Shown one piece after another: positions 40,701 through 53,638 of a stretch of 64,000 nucleotides of DNA. The stretch is from Parasitella parasitica NRRL 2501. Taxonomy: Eukaryota > Fungi > Mucoromycota. The stretch lies in contig MU619272.1 in NCBI GenBank assembly GCA_025201805.1, forward strand, positions 172,292 through 236,291, written 5' to 3'. The translations under genes were made by a program, and so were the position numbers. Below the pieces are notes generated by a model. It was not told the DNA's origin. It searched no databases and worked only from the letters and a program-made list of their open reading frames with translations. Positions within the stretch are counted from its first letter, which is position 1, and every line of letters starts with the position of its first letter.

Positions 40701-41706
40701 TTCAATGCATAAACGGGAACAAAAAGCAATGGGATAGAAACATTAGTGGTAGTAAGCAAACCTTTTAAAGATGAGCAAGCGGTCACCTTGTTTTTATGCA
40801 CTTGAAATTTGAAGTCTAGTCTCCTTGATAATGGCTGGAAATCAGTAGGCTGCCAGTCGATTGCGTTTTAAAAGTTCTTCACAAATAAGTACAGGTATGT
40901 ACCTTAGAAGTTATTATTTTAATTATCATATATATAATAGCAAAAAAAAAAAATCACTATGTTGTTGTATCAAAAGTGAATAGTAGATAAGTAATTTGCT
41001 GAAATTTTTACAAAAAATCATTTTGCAATGTCATTCGATAATTTATATGTAAGGATAAAACCTATTCTATGATCATTAATACTTAAAACATGCAAAATAC
41101 TGGTAACAGTTATCTATCTACACCAATTGAAGCAAATTTGCGCACAAAACGAGATTTACACAAAAAGAAATCTATTAAATGACAAAGATATGTAACTTCT
41201 TTATCGTTTGGCATACAAAAGTTATTGATGTCTAGTCACTATGTATTTGACTTAAAACAGAAAGCTCTCAAATATCGATACTTTGACTAACGCAAAGACG
41301 CTTAAGTATTATCTATTTACTTATAAAAGCGCCTATGCCCCCCCCCCCCATCCATTCACACATGGATAAAAAGCTGACAAAGAAGATTACACAAACATTG
41401 GAAATACTGATAGAGTAAATGACCTGTGAGATCAAACAAAAGCCACAATATTAAGATCGTTAATAAAAAAAAATAGCACAAAGAGTAATTGCATACGTAC
41501 CGACAAAAGAGATGGTTATGTTGTAAAAAAAATCATGTACTGTAATAAGCAAGTGTAATACAGTTATGTGGCATGCAAATGCTATTTAACAACTCCGTTT
41601 TTCATTCATCACGTGACTGAATGAGAAGTATCACTAAGCGTAAATGACATTTTAAACGGTTTGGGAAAACATGTTTTGTTTTCTTTCTTTTCATTCCTGA
41701 CTAAAA

Positions 41707-42993
41707 ATGACCACAGAACAAAAAGGTCAGACTACGTCTGGTATACGCTCTGGGTAAATACGCTTTAATACAAAAAATTTGAAGCCAAGCATTAACATTT
41801 GATGACGATCAGACATGAGTTGAATCAAGAAAAGCTCGAAATCTATCTTTTGAAACATGTGGAGGGGTTCAAATCCCCTTTGAACATAAGCCAATTTCAA
41901 TTTGGTCAGTCCAATCCAACGTATCTCTTGAAAGACGGAAAGTAAGTAATGGATATAAGTATGGACAGGAAAGGATAATTGACATGAACTAAACCAGCCA
42001 ACAACAATACGTACTTCGCAAGAAACCACCAGGTGCGTTACTCTCCAGCACTGCACATGCTGTAGAGAGGGAATATCGCATTATTCATGCATTAGGAACA
42101 AAGACAGATGTCCCTGTACCTAAGGTGTATGTTCTGTGTGAGGATATTGAAGTGATCGGCACACCTTTTTATGTCATGGAATTTTTGGCTGGGCGCATTT
42201 ATGAAGATTGTCGAATGCTTTCGATTCCTTTTGAAGAACGCAGGCAGCTGTAAGTGTATCTAACTAATTTGATTAAGGATGGTACATTAAATACTTGTAT
42301 AGCTGGTTTTCTGCCATCGAGACATTAGCCAAACTGCACCGTGTTGATTTCAAATCTATCGGTCTCGAAACTTACGGCCGTCATTCAGGATTCTATGGTC
42401 GACAAATGAAATCGCTGGGAAAAGTATCACAAGCACAAGCTAATGTTAAAGACGAGGATGGCAATGCAGTAGGTCCCATTCCTCGTTTGGATGAAATGTT
42501 TGCTTGGTTCAAAAAGAACCAAGTAGAGGATCAGGCTACTATTGTTCATGGTGACTTCAAGATCGATAACATGATTTTCCATCCTACTGAGCCTCGAGTT
42601 ATTGGTATCCTTGATTGGGAGCTATCTACCATTGGACATCCTTTGTCAGATCTTTCCAATTTACTGCAACCCTTCTACGTCCCTGCTAGTGATGATGCTT
42701 CTTTTGGCATGTTGGGTTTCAAGAATTCAAAAGGGCCATTGCCTGTCCCTGAAGCCAATGAACTTATCCAGCACTACTGCAAAACACTGGGTCAGCCTTA
42801 TCCTGTTGACCGTTGGATGTTTGCTGTTTCTTTCTCGTTCTTTAGGTTGGCTGTGATCTTACAAGGTATTGCTGCCCGTGTTGCTCGCAAACAGGCTTCT
42901 TCTGCTCAAGCCAAGAATTATGCAGAGAGATTTAAGCCAGTTGCTAAAATGGGTCTAGATATCATTGATGATCATCCAAGCAGCAAACTTTAA
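41707..42993 (+). CDS. APH-family phosphotransferase, stand-alone ACAD10/11 N-terminal kinase domain, with PTS1
   Basis: [58 protein letters not shown]; ends -SKL. Confidence 0.88.
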
Positions 42994-43057
42994 GTAAATA
43001 AATGCGTTGTACAATAATAGATTCGTTTTTATTTAAGTCTCACTTATGCGAGAGGAA

Positions 43058-43751
43058 TTAATGGCCTCGTAGAGCCATTGCACCAGCAACAAGTGAGAGG
43101 ATAGTGCTGGTGTCTTGATTTTGAATACCAAGTTGATAGGTGTTTTCAATTAACTTGAGATCTGTTATATTTGATAAATGGTCAAAGGGGACTAGATGGC
43201 CCTGGACACATTCTTTCATGTGTAATTCAGCCTAATCGCAGCAATTAACCTTCCACACGCATAAATCAATATAAATATTTACATCTGTTTCTGATTCACC
43301 AATCTTGACAGCAACTACATCTGTTGTGTCATCTGCAATTCCAAATGTAATGAATGTTTTTTTGATCTAGTTATACAAAAAAAGGTTTAGATCATACAAG
43401 ACTTAACTTTAGCAACTTACGTTGTTTGTAACGCCAAAATCATACAGGATTTCTGAGTGAATATTGTGCGTCTTGAGCTTACAAGTAGATTCATCCGAAA
43501 CAGCTCTATTTGCAGCCAAGAGAATATGTACTTTGTTGATAACCTATTGACTGATGTTATAAATAAAACGTGTTTTTTATTTCTGTATATTTAAAATACA
43601 CATATACCAATTTAGCATTGACTAATGAGCAAGCTAGTGTGCTATCTTGATTGATTAAACGCTGTCGTAACTCTGAAGCGTTGGTCACATTTTTAAATAA
43701 GGCAATGTATACCTTTTTATCAGGATATAATTCCAAAGTGCAAGCTTCCAT
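43058..43751 (-). CDS. CGI121: KEOPS/EKC subunit Cgi121/TPRKB (multi-exon)
   Basis: LFKNVTNASELRQ, LKTHNIHSEILYDF, FGI, LLVGAMALRGH*. Confidence 0.88.
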
Positions 43752-44479
43752 TTTATTTATAAAAAAAAAAAAAACAAGAAAAAGAACGCTTCAAAGGTTT
43801 TTTGCCGGATAACACTGCTTATGGGGTGACCGGGTTCATCAATGTGCAAAGTTTAGACAGGTAATTCTTGACCAACCCAAACAAAAACAAATCTAAAACA
43901 CTTTACAAGGATGTAACGTTATTATTATCAATAGGATAAACTAAGCGTGGGCGTTCTTATATAATCTTCCAAACAAAAATCCCCATTTTTGTGTCTGCTG
44001 GTGTATACATGAAATTTTTTTTTTAGCAAAGAGTGAATGAGTGTAGCTATTATCGTTGCAGAAAACCAGTAATGGTTTCAAACTGCACTTATCTGAACCT
44101 CCCAACCCAAAAAGTTAAATTCAGCTCAGTATTTCGGAACCATTTGCGCTTTTTGGATTCGACATGTGAAGTACATGGTAATATGCTATCGACAGGTTAG
44201 CAGACAGAGGCTTGTTCTGTTCAGGCATCGAGGAAAGATGTGGAACAAGTGTATTGACAGTGAGAGATAGTATCATGTGCTGGTATGAAGAAACCATCAC
44301 CTAATTTTGGTCAATGCACAAAACAAGGTGTGAATTTTTTTCCATGCGCTGTATTTTATATATATACCATTGATATCTTCGTTTTTTTTCTCTCTCCCTC
44401 TCTCTTCCTTTTTTATACATCAAACTAGCCATCGATCAATACAGATCTATCCTATTTGACGTTTTTTGAAGATTCACAA

Positions 44480-45613
<1,134 letters not shown>

Positions 45614-47654
45614 AATTCTTAAGATATGATTCATGAAAAGAAGAGAGAAACTACTATCATTATATATACATATATACATATATATGAATTATCCACTTAT
45701 GCCCTCCATTTTGTCCTTATAGTGTTGTCTCGTCATTTGGTCTCGCTCTTCTGCTCTTTATATGACAATATTATTAAATGAAAAAAAAAACAAGTTCCTT
45801 TCTACATGATAAATAAAGTATATTAATCTGAAAAATCTAGCATATAGTACTACTGCAATATACAAAAAAAAGATAGAGGGATATCATGTCAGTAAACCCA
45901 AATGCACATTGACTTATGATCCTAGAACATTTGAAAATGCGTTAGTGGGCAAAAATGAATAAAATATTTACCATTTTTATTGCTACTACCTTCTTATATG
46001 AACAAGCTAGGTTATATCATCTTTAAGTTAAATAACCTGTATATGTAATAGACCTTGTGAAAGCCCAATTTTTGGTGTACAATTTTACAAATAGCAATTT
46101 GAAATAAAAGAAACTGTGTTTAAATTTTTATCTTCCACCCCTTTAATAAAGTGCTTTTAATGTCAAGAAGGGAAGGTATAAAACATCAAATAATGGGGTA
46201 ACAAAAGACAAAATTTTGGGGCCTAAAAACCAGGCCTTATTTCATCTTTTAAACGGGAGAAGGAAAGAATGGCTGAGTCAAGGAGAAGTAGGATGTCATT
46301 GAAAATCTTGCACCAGGTTGTCAATAAAACGCAAGCAAATAATTGATCCGCAGGGAGCACCTACCTCAATAAATAAAAAGGTTAATTTAAAATGTAGTCC
46401 ATCTGTTCCTGGTTGCCAGGGGTACAAATCAAGGGTCGTTAGGGCAAATGATGCAAGCCAATTAGTCATTAACTTGCTGATCTGCTTGGTACATATTGGT
46501 TCGTATCGAAATGACAGCTTAAGCTAAATCAGATATACTCTATGCACTAAATCTTGGGGATGACAGGTAATCAAGCATGACTTTATAGGTAGTCCATTAT
46601 TTTAATTATCCATGCTCTTTACAATATACTTGTTTATACATATAGATAGTGCCAAATGTAAGTTAAATGCTTAGTCTCATTGAAAATATTAAGCCAGCTT
46701 ATTGTATTCATTATTTAAGCTTATCCACGATGAAAGAAAATAATTTACAGTGTCACAATGAATACATTGCTTGAATGGCAGCAAAATAAAACGAAACTAA
46801 GAAAGAAGTTCTAGGTATAATACTATCAGTAGAAGACGTCCATAATGCAAACTGCATATACGATTATAAATGCTAAAAAGATATACAAAACCAAGATATT
46901 ATTTTTATTTTTGATAATCAACGATTGGTTTTCTAGACAAATTACTTGTTTTGTAACATCCGAGGTTCATGTCCTGCTTGAAAAAAGGGGCAAGTTCATA
47001 AAATGCATCAAGATGGTCATTATTGCCTTTCTACGCTATTTTTCCCATCTTTGATCTCCTTTGTTTACTCTAAGAGTTGCTTCTTTTTTCTCATACTACA
47101 TGTACCATCAATGTTGAAATCAATGTTTAGTTTGGTGCAACATTATTGTAATAAACCAGGTTATTAAAAAGTTTATTACACAACATGATTGTTTTCTAGG
47201 CAAAATGACATCATTAAATAATCAAAATATATATTGTTTTATTGAACGGAACTTTGTCCGGGAAAAACATTTCTAGAAAGAACATTCCTTTGGATATACT
47301 TTACAACAATTAACAAGTATAAAATCGATTTATTATCATATGACATAAGGACAAAAGAAGGGACTATCATTGCTAGATGAATAATAAAGAGACGGGAAGG
47401 GGAAAAGAGTGGAGAGTATTGTAATTAAGACATAAATTGTAATGCAAAAAAGAAAAACAAAAAAAAACAAAAAAAAGGTATTGATTATAGAGCCAGCTTT
47501 AGTATATTGATCTGTTGTTGATTGATTGAAAATGTTGTTGAATGAAAATAAAAGATTTGCTTGACCTCTATAAACGGTACTAGCCAATAACAATATAAAA
47601 TGTATAATTATATACAGATCTACATTGGTTTTTATCTGGTAATATTTGGTTGAT

Positions 47655-47795
47655 TTAGGTTTGATTTGGCTTCTGGGGGCACATCCTGAAGAGATTATAA
47701 TGTTAATGCACATTGAAAATATAAAAAAAGCTTGTATATTCTTACATTGAGTAATGGCCCTTTTGGCCACAGTGAATACAACGACCGTCAGACAT
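47655..47795 (-). CDS. 26-aa CCHC zinc-knuckle microprotein MSDGRCIHCGQKGHYSMMCPQKPNQT (exons 47795-47746 and 47685-47655)
   Basis: aaaaatATG start; 60-nt intron GTAAGA...ATTAAC...CTCTTCAG; splicing completes CX2CX4HX4C; TATATAA at 47946-47940. Confidence 0.75.
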
Positions 47796-49485
47796 ATTTT
47801 TTATATAAGCGTAAGAGAGTTTTTTTTTCGGGGGTGTGGTAGAGATGAGAGGAGTTTGTATTCTTCTAGAGAATTTAAAAGTTGTTTTAAGTATGATTAA
47901 CAAAAAAAAAAAAGGGTTTAGATGAAATAATCAAAGGGCTTATATAGTTTTTTCAATTCTTTGTATGACAAAGATTGTTTTGGTTTCGCGCCGATCTCCT
48001 CTCGGCACGTGGCAAAACATAGTTACAAAATGAAATGGGAAGGATAGTAGTATGACTATATAGACTTTAATCTCGAGACATGCACGGTTATTCATGCGAT
48101 ACATTCTCCAAATAGCGATATAAATAATATATGAGAATCCGTATGAATAGCGTCATATTGTCGTGGATTATCATAATTCCAAGGACCAAAGATCCAACTG
48201 AGTGAATCAGACATTTATCAACAATCAAATGAAACGGACACTCATTCGGCTTTAAAGGACCTAAGCTCCGATTTTATTTTCTATAAATGTGATAGAACGT
48301 GTAATGTAACAATGAATGGACGAACTATCAAAGAGAGCATATAATATAGTGTATTTTTAGTTAATGCCACACAAATTTGTTAATTTTAATTCAGTACAAA
48401 TCCGCTGACATTTGATTTATTAAGAAGCATGATAGCCTTCTATCAACGCCACCCTACTTTTTGCTGCGCACATTGTAACGTTAATTTATGACACAAGATC
48501 ATGCAGACTCATTGTTCCAGTTTGATAGTTTAAAATTACAGTTGTTTATTGAATGAGATTATGTTTCATATTACTCAGCTTAAAAAATTTCATAGGTTTT
48601 ATTTGCTATTTAATCCTTATCATTTATTAGTATGAATTAATCCGATTTGGAGGTAAGCTGACTTGTTTTCTGCATTGCAGTTAAATGATCAAGGAGGTCC
48701 AGATAAGGTGCCTTAGTTTACTGCGCCAAAATGATTCGACATGTTTCAAATAAAAAAAAGAGATTCTTGTCATAAAAATCAAGACGTGCTTTGTGTCACA
48801 CATTTGTTAGGCGCATCCATTCATGCATCGTGGTATGGAGCAGAGGTAAGCGTATGTGAAATTGAACGATATAATTTAGCCAAAAGGAGGCTGGGCGCCA
48901 AACAAGTATAATGATATCTTGTTTACAGCTAGAAATCAGAGCTCCCTAAATGCAGATGCACAGCCCATTTATAGTTAGCAAACAGTATTGTATATATTTT
49001 CTTTTCGATTTAACATTGCTTTATTTGTATAGCCTTGCCAAATGAAAGCCATTTATATATAGCTCACGCTGCATACCAATGTATTACGCATTGACAACAA
49101 CATTCAAATGATTCTTATTGGCATCATCGTTTCGCGTTCGGCGTATATACATTTAATGCACGTTATTTACCTTAAGTACATTCACATCATATCCGCATCT
49201 ATCAAAAATGCGTGTAGATTGCATGTTCCTGTTTGCGTATATTTATTAGATGTGATATAAATGTGACTAATGCAGCGAAATCCAGACATGTAATAAAACA
49301 ACGTGTTTATGTAAAGGGCTCCTATATGTCCAGGTGGATCCAAGATATAATAATGCAACGCTTGGCCATATTTATGTACAAGATTTGCAATTGTAATATA
49401 AACTAAAGTCTAAGGTTCTGCGTGGCATTTTGATGAGACCCTTGATGGCATGTGTATATTTAAGGAAAACTTTCTACAGGATTCT

Positions 49486-50640
49486 TTAAATTAGGCAATC
49501 AGAACTTTTTTGTGGATGATTGAAAAAAGAGAAATGAGATATTTTAGTAATTAGGTTGGGCCAATTATATAAATGATTAAGATGAATTGCTTGTAATAAT
49601 CTAAACCCTTTACGGGGTAGTCGTATTAATATGGTGATGTTCGAAGCGATGTTGGAGATGATGTTGGTGGTGGTGTGGGTGGTGATGTGGGTGGTATTGC
49701 GTTGGGGCTTGTAAAAGGACGTACATTCTTTCAAATTCCAGATTGATTCTGCAATGTTTATCATGTTCCTGGCTGCATTAACATCCCTCTGCCAAGGTTT
49801 GTGGTATCCATCCTCTCCACATGTTACTACGCTAACCCTTTGAATCGAGAAGTTTAGGCTTTATTCAAATTTTTATGAAGGCAGAAGCTGCAAATTTTTG
49901 AAGTTTTGAATTCATTGATAGTTAACGCTATCAGATCGTATTCAGTTTCTCTCTTCTTTAACGTTTGATAAAATTTACCAACCAAACCACAGCGCAGACG
50001 CTTCAATTTTGCCAAATCTTTAGCGAAAGCGCAGTACCGAATATGATTGGAGCTTTGGTCTGATCATAGCTAAACTTGGCAGGTTTCCACGTTTCAACCA
50101 TATTGAATGAGTAAATACACCACATAATAAACACAAATGAAAAGCTTACCACATATTTTCTTTTTTTTACTTTCCTTCTTAACCGCCTTTTTCTCTTATC
50201 TCTTTTAGTGCGATTATACTTTTTAGTACCATTTATAAGCATACTTGCCATCTCTCGAGGAGCCCTTTGCAAGCCTTGATAACGAAAAAAAAGGTCTTTG
50301 GCACCACTTGAAGCATAAAAATTTACCAAAGCATTGAAATCCTAAGTTTGATACACATCCAATTTGAAAGTTTTTTGACGAAGGAATATTGCTCTTGACG
50401 ATATTGATCCCAGTCTCAAGTTTCTCGCCATTTAGTCTCTGTGAAAAAGTCGCAGAGCTAGTCATAATGGTAGTCTGCCATTTGCAAATAATAACTTGCT
50501 ACTTCTGTCATAGTCAAGTCCGCAAGAGAGAGATCAAATTTTTTGGGTAAAAGGCCATGGCCTACCCGATGTCATCTATAGAAAGCAAGGTCAACAGTAA
50601 AGCCATCGCTTCTTGCCATATTGCCAAATAAGATATCATC
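49486..50640 (-). mobile_element. Degraded Fanzor1 (eukaryotic TnpB-like RuvC nuclease) gene
   Basis: FGNMARSDGFTVDLAFYR; FRYQGLQRAPREMASMLINGTKKYN; K/R-rich stretch; PIIFG; RCGLVGKFYQTLK; TINEFKTSKICSFC (RuvC-II E and Zn finger); WQRDVNAARNM (RuvC-III D). Frameshifts, stops, and the RuvC-I DPG region is missing. Confidence 0.8.
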
Positions 50641-51819
50641 ACCACCATTGAGTATTAAATAGTCAATGCTAGAATTTTAAAAATACGAAGCTAATTAAGT
50701 ATGGTTTGTATTTACGCGGGGTGCATATCCCTCCGCGGGGCTACCATTCTCCAAAAATAAATGAAATTTTTACTGTTTTTAGGTGTATATGCTGTATCCG
50801 TAAAATTCCATAGTTTGCAGTCAGTTGTCATGGCAACCGATCCTGATCTGATCTAAAGTTGAATGCTGCCGTGGATTCTATTAAATAGTAAACATGTAGC
50901 ATCGACTACAGAACAATATATTATTTATATTTTAATTATACTAGATTTCAGGGTAACATAAAATATGTTGACCATATTTCTTGGGCTCAAAAGGTAATCA
51001 TCGTGAGTTCTTTTTCAAGACCCTCTCTTCCGCAATATGCAAATCTAGAGACTACTTGATCTAAGGGTTATTTATTAATGTATATTTATTTGACAAATTA
51101 AAATTGTAATATCCTACTCGCATCCATTCTACTCAATGAGGCATTTATAATATAAATTTCTTTCAAGAAGACAGTAATGTGTTATACTGTATGCCTCGTA
51201 CTGATCGTTTTCTATTGTCTAAAGCTAGTGATTTTTGCTTTTTAAACCCTAGGACTGCAAACTACCTTGCTAACTTGTAACTTACCATCTCCTTAATCAT
51301 TTTACAAAATTCAGATATATCCAAATATATCACAATTCTTTAGAGCCAAGGCATTAGCGAGAAGCGTTTGGACAATTCATATGATAGTGGATCAGATTAT
51401 GCTTTGATATGTCGAGCTCGAGATATGTTGAATTGGCTATTCGGAAATTAAAATTGGAGCGATTTAATTGGTAGTGATAAACTTTAGATACCAAATCTGG
51501 TACAAAAAAATAGCGGAGATTAAATATTTCTCATCATCATCATTGAAGATAAGCTCAAGCAATACTAATTGTTCATAAAGTATCTATAAACATCAAGAGT
51601 TTAACAGCACTGATTCTGTGTTCAACAAGCTCAAAAAGTACCTGAAACTGCTATGTAACAGGTAAAGATTTTAATAGCTGGCGTGACAGTGTTTCCAATT
51701 AGAAAAGGTAAATAAGTGCATGTTTTGAGTAGATGATCGTATAAAACCGGCATTAAATGGTGATTTTTCTTTTTTTTTTCTTCTTCTTCTTCTTTCAACA
51801 TTTGTCAATAGACGAAATA

Positions 51820-53066
51820 ATGATTTATAAAAATAAGAAAGAGGATAGCGCGACCAACAGAGAGGAGTCTACTTCTCATTTTACATTGCCTCCTATTAGT
51901 TCAACGGTACACAATTCAACACAATTACCACCTCTTCCAAAAAAGCATGAATCCACAGCGTTTTATCCCTATCAACAACAGCAAAAGCAGCAAAAACAGC
52001 AGCAAAGTCAGCGGCAGCCAATACAACACGAATATAAACAGAAATCCACATACTCCTATTCTCCATACGTAGAGAATAAAGATCATATTGTCATGCAACA
52101 ACTTGACGAAGTGTACTATCCAGTTTATCACACAAAAAACAATAAACTAGGGTGGTCTGAAGGTAAGAAAAAAGCTGGTGATGTCGAAATTTGGGAATAA
52201 CTATTGATAAGCTTTTCAAAAGATATAGCTCCCACAATTGATCATCCCAAACAGAAAAAAAGAAAGGATATGACTGAACGGATAGAGGGCATAAATCGTG
52301 AATTCATTGAGAATCGAGAAATGTGGGTATTCATCTGTCTCATTCATTTGTCTTTTATTGATCGGAAAGTACATCTCCAGCTTATACGACGAAAGATTGA
52401 AACAGTTGCAAGATGAGTTGGCTGCCATGGAAAAAGGTTAGTTTTGTTGCAGTAAGATCAGTAGTAGAATACCAAATCACCGACGTGGGCGAATTGTGCG
52501 ATTAGGGAAACATGAAATGTACATTGAACATGTAACGGATTTAGAGGAAAAAAGACGGCAAGCAATACATGATGCCAGATTAATGATGATATATCAGATA
52601 TCGAGTGTAGATCAGGAATTTGACTTGAAATCAAAGATTGTGCAGGAAGAATCTATGGCAGAGAGACGAGAATTGCAAAATGCAATGTTTACAGTGATAG
52701 AAGAAAAGCGCAAGAAATTAAAAGAGGATAAAGATGGAGAGGGTGAACTAGGCCTATCTACACATCATACCAGAAACAAGCAACGACTACTGAGAAAGCG
52801 AGGCGAAATTCTTGATGGTTTTTTGACACAACAGCCATCCATATCGTCGCCAGTGATAAGCCAAAAGAGAAAACAAGATCATATCCTTTTTATACCTGTC
52901 TGTATACTAATCTATCGATGTGCACATTTATTTGAGTTTATCCTTAACTTGTATCATACGTATTAAAGAAAACCCAAGCCATTTAATAGGTGTTTTGTCA
53001 AGTCGAGTTGAAGAAGACATCGAAGCGGATTTTCATGCAATGACACTGAAAAGAAAAAAACTATGA
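51820..53066 (+). CDS. Sds3/Dep1-like Rpd3L/Sin3-HDAC subunit; last intron is U12-type AT-AC
   Basis: KRKDMTERIEGINREFIENRE-LYDEKIETLQDEL...GKHEMYIEHVTDLEEKR...ERRELQNAMF..IEEKRKKLKEDK; spliced tail LSSRVEEDIEADF. Confidence 0.8.
52881..52959 (+). other. U12-type (minor spliceosome) AT-AC intron
   Basis: 5'SS ATATCCTTT, branch site TCCTTAAC at 52941-52948, 3'SS ..ATAC at 52959; removal keeps the frame to TGA at 53066. Confidence 0.9.
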
Positions 53067-53110
53067 AAATATTTTTTTACTCTTTCTTTTCTCTCGTTTG
53101 TTTGTTTGTT

Positions 53111-53157
<47 letters not shown>

Positions 53158-53179
53158 NNNNNNNNNNCAGCTATACAAA

Positions 53180-53638
53180 ATGCCATGTTTTAATGGAATT
53201 GCTATACTTTGTTTTTACTCGAATGGACTCTTTCAAGGACACTGCATTGATCCAATAAACAACGATTCCCCTTATAGTCTCGCAGGCAAATTAATTGACC
53301 ATACTGATCCCCAGCACAATGAATGTATGGAACCTGATGACTTTTACAATGTCTTGATTCACCCACATGAGAAAAAAGAGGAAGAAATGATCTCTTTATT
53401 ATTGCGTAGGCCCAGAAACAACGATGCAGGCGGGCTCTCTTCTCACGAGCATGAACAAGAAGCTAATAGTGGTTTTCGGTTTCTGTTTGAAACCAACCAG
53501 TTTCTATCTGGCCAGCAAGCAATGTCTTTAAAAAGGAAATACTTTGTAAGTAGTAAACAAGATGGATCTGAGGAAGAGGATCAAGATATGATAGTGTGCA
53601 TTGGAAATGCGCAGTTCAGCAAAGACTCTACAAAATGA
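53180..53638 (+). CDS. Hypothetical 152-aa protein (directly after an N gap)
   Basis: Uninterrupted ORF with aaaATG start; no motif recognised. Confidence 0.6.
   Translation: MPCFNGIAILCFYSNGLFQGHCIDPINNDSPYSLAGKLIDHTDPQHNECMEPDDFYNVLIHPHEKKEEEMISLLLRRPRNNDAGGLSSHEHEQEANSGFRFLFETNQFLSGQQAMSLKRKYFVSSKQDGSEEEDQDMIVCIGNAQFSKDSTK

Noticed and set aside
46298-46525. ~75-codon open frame on the - strand
   Set aside because: No convincing start, splice signals or motif
47336-47770. 144-aa hydrophobic ORF from the track
   Set aside because: Reads through the microprotein's intron and T-rich 3' UTR; GTG start; spurious
53113-53167. Long poly-T followed by Ns
   Set aside because: Scaffold gap; the run length is unreliable
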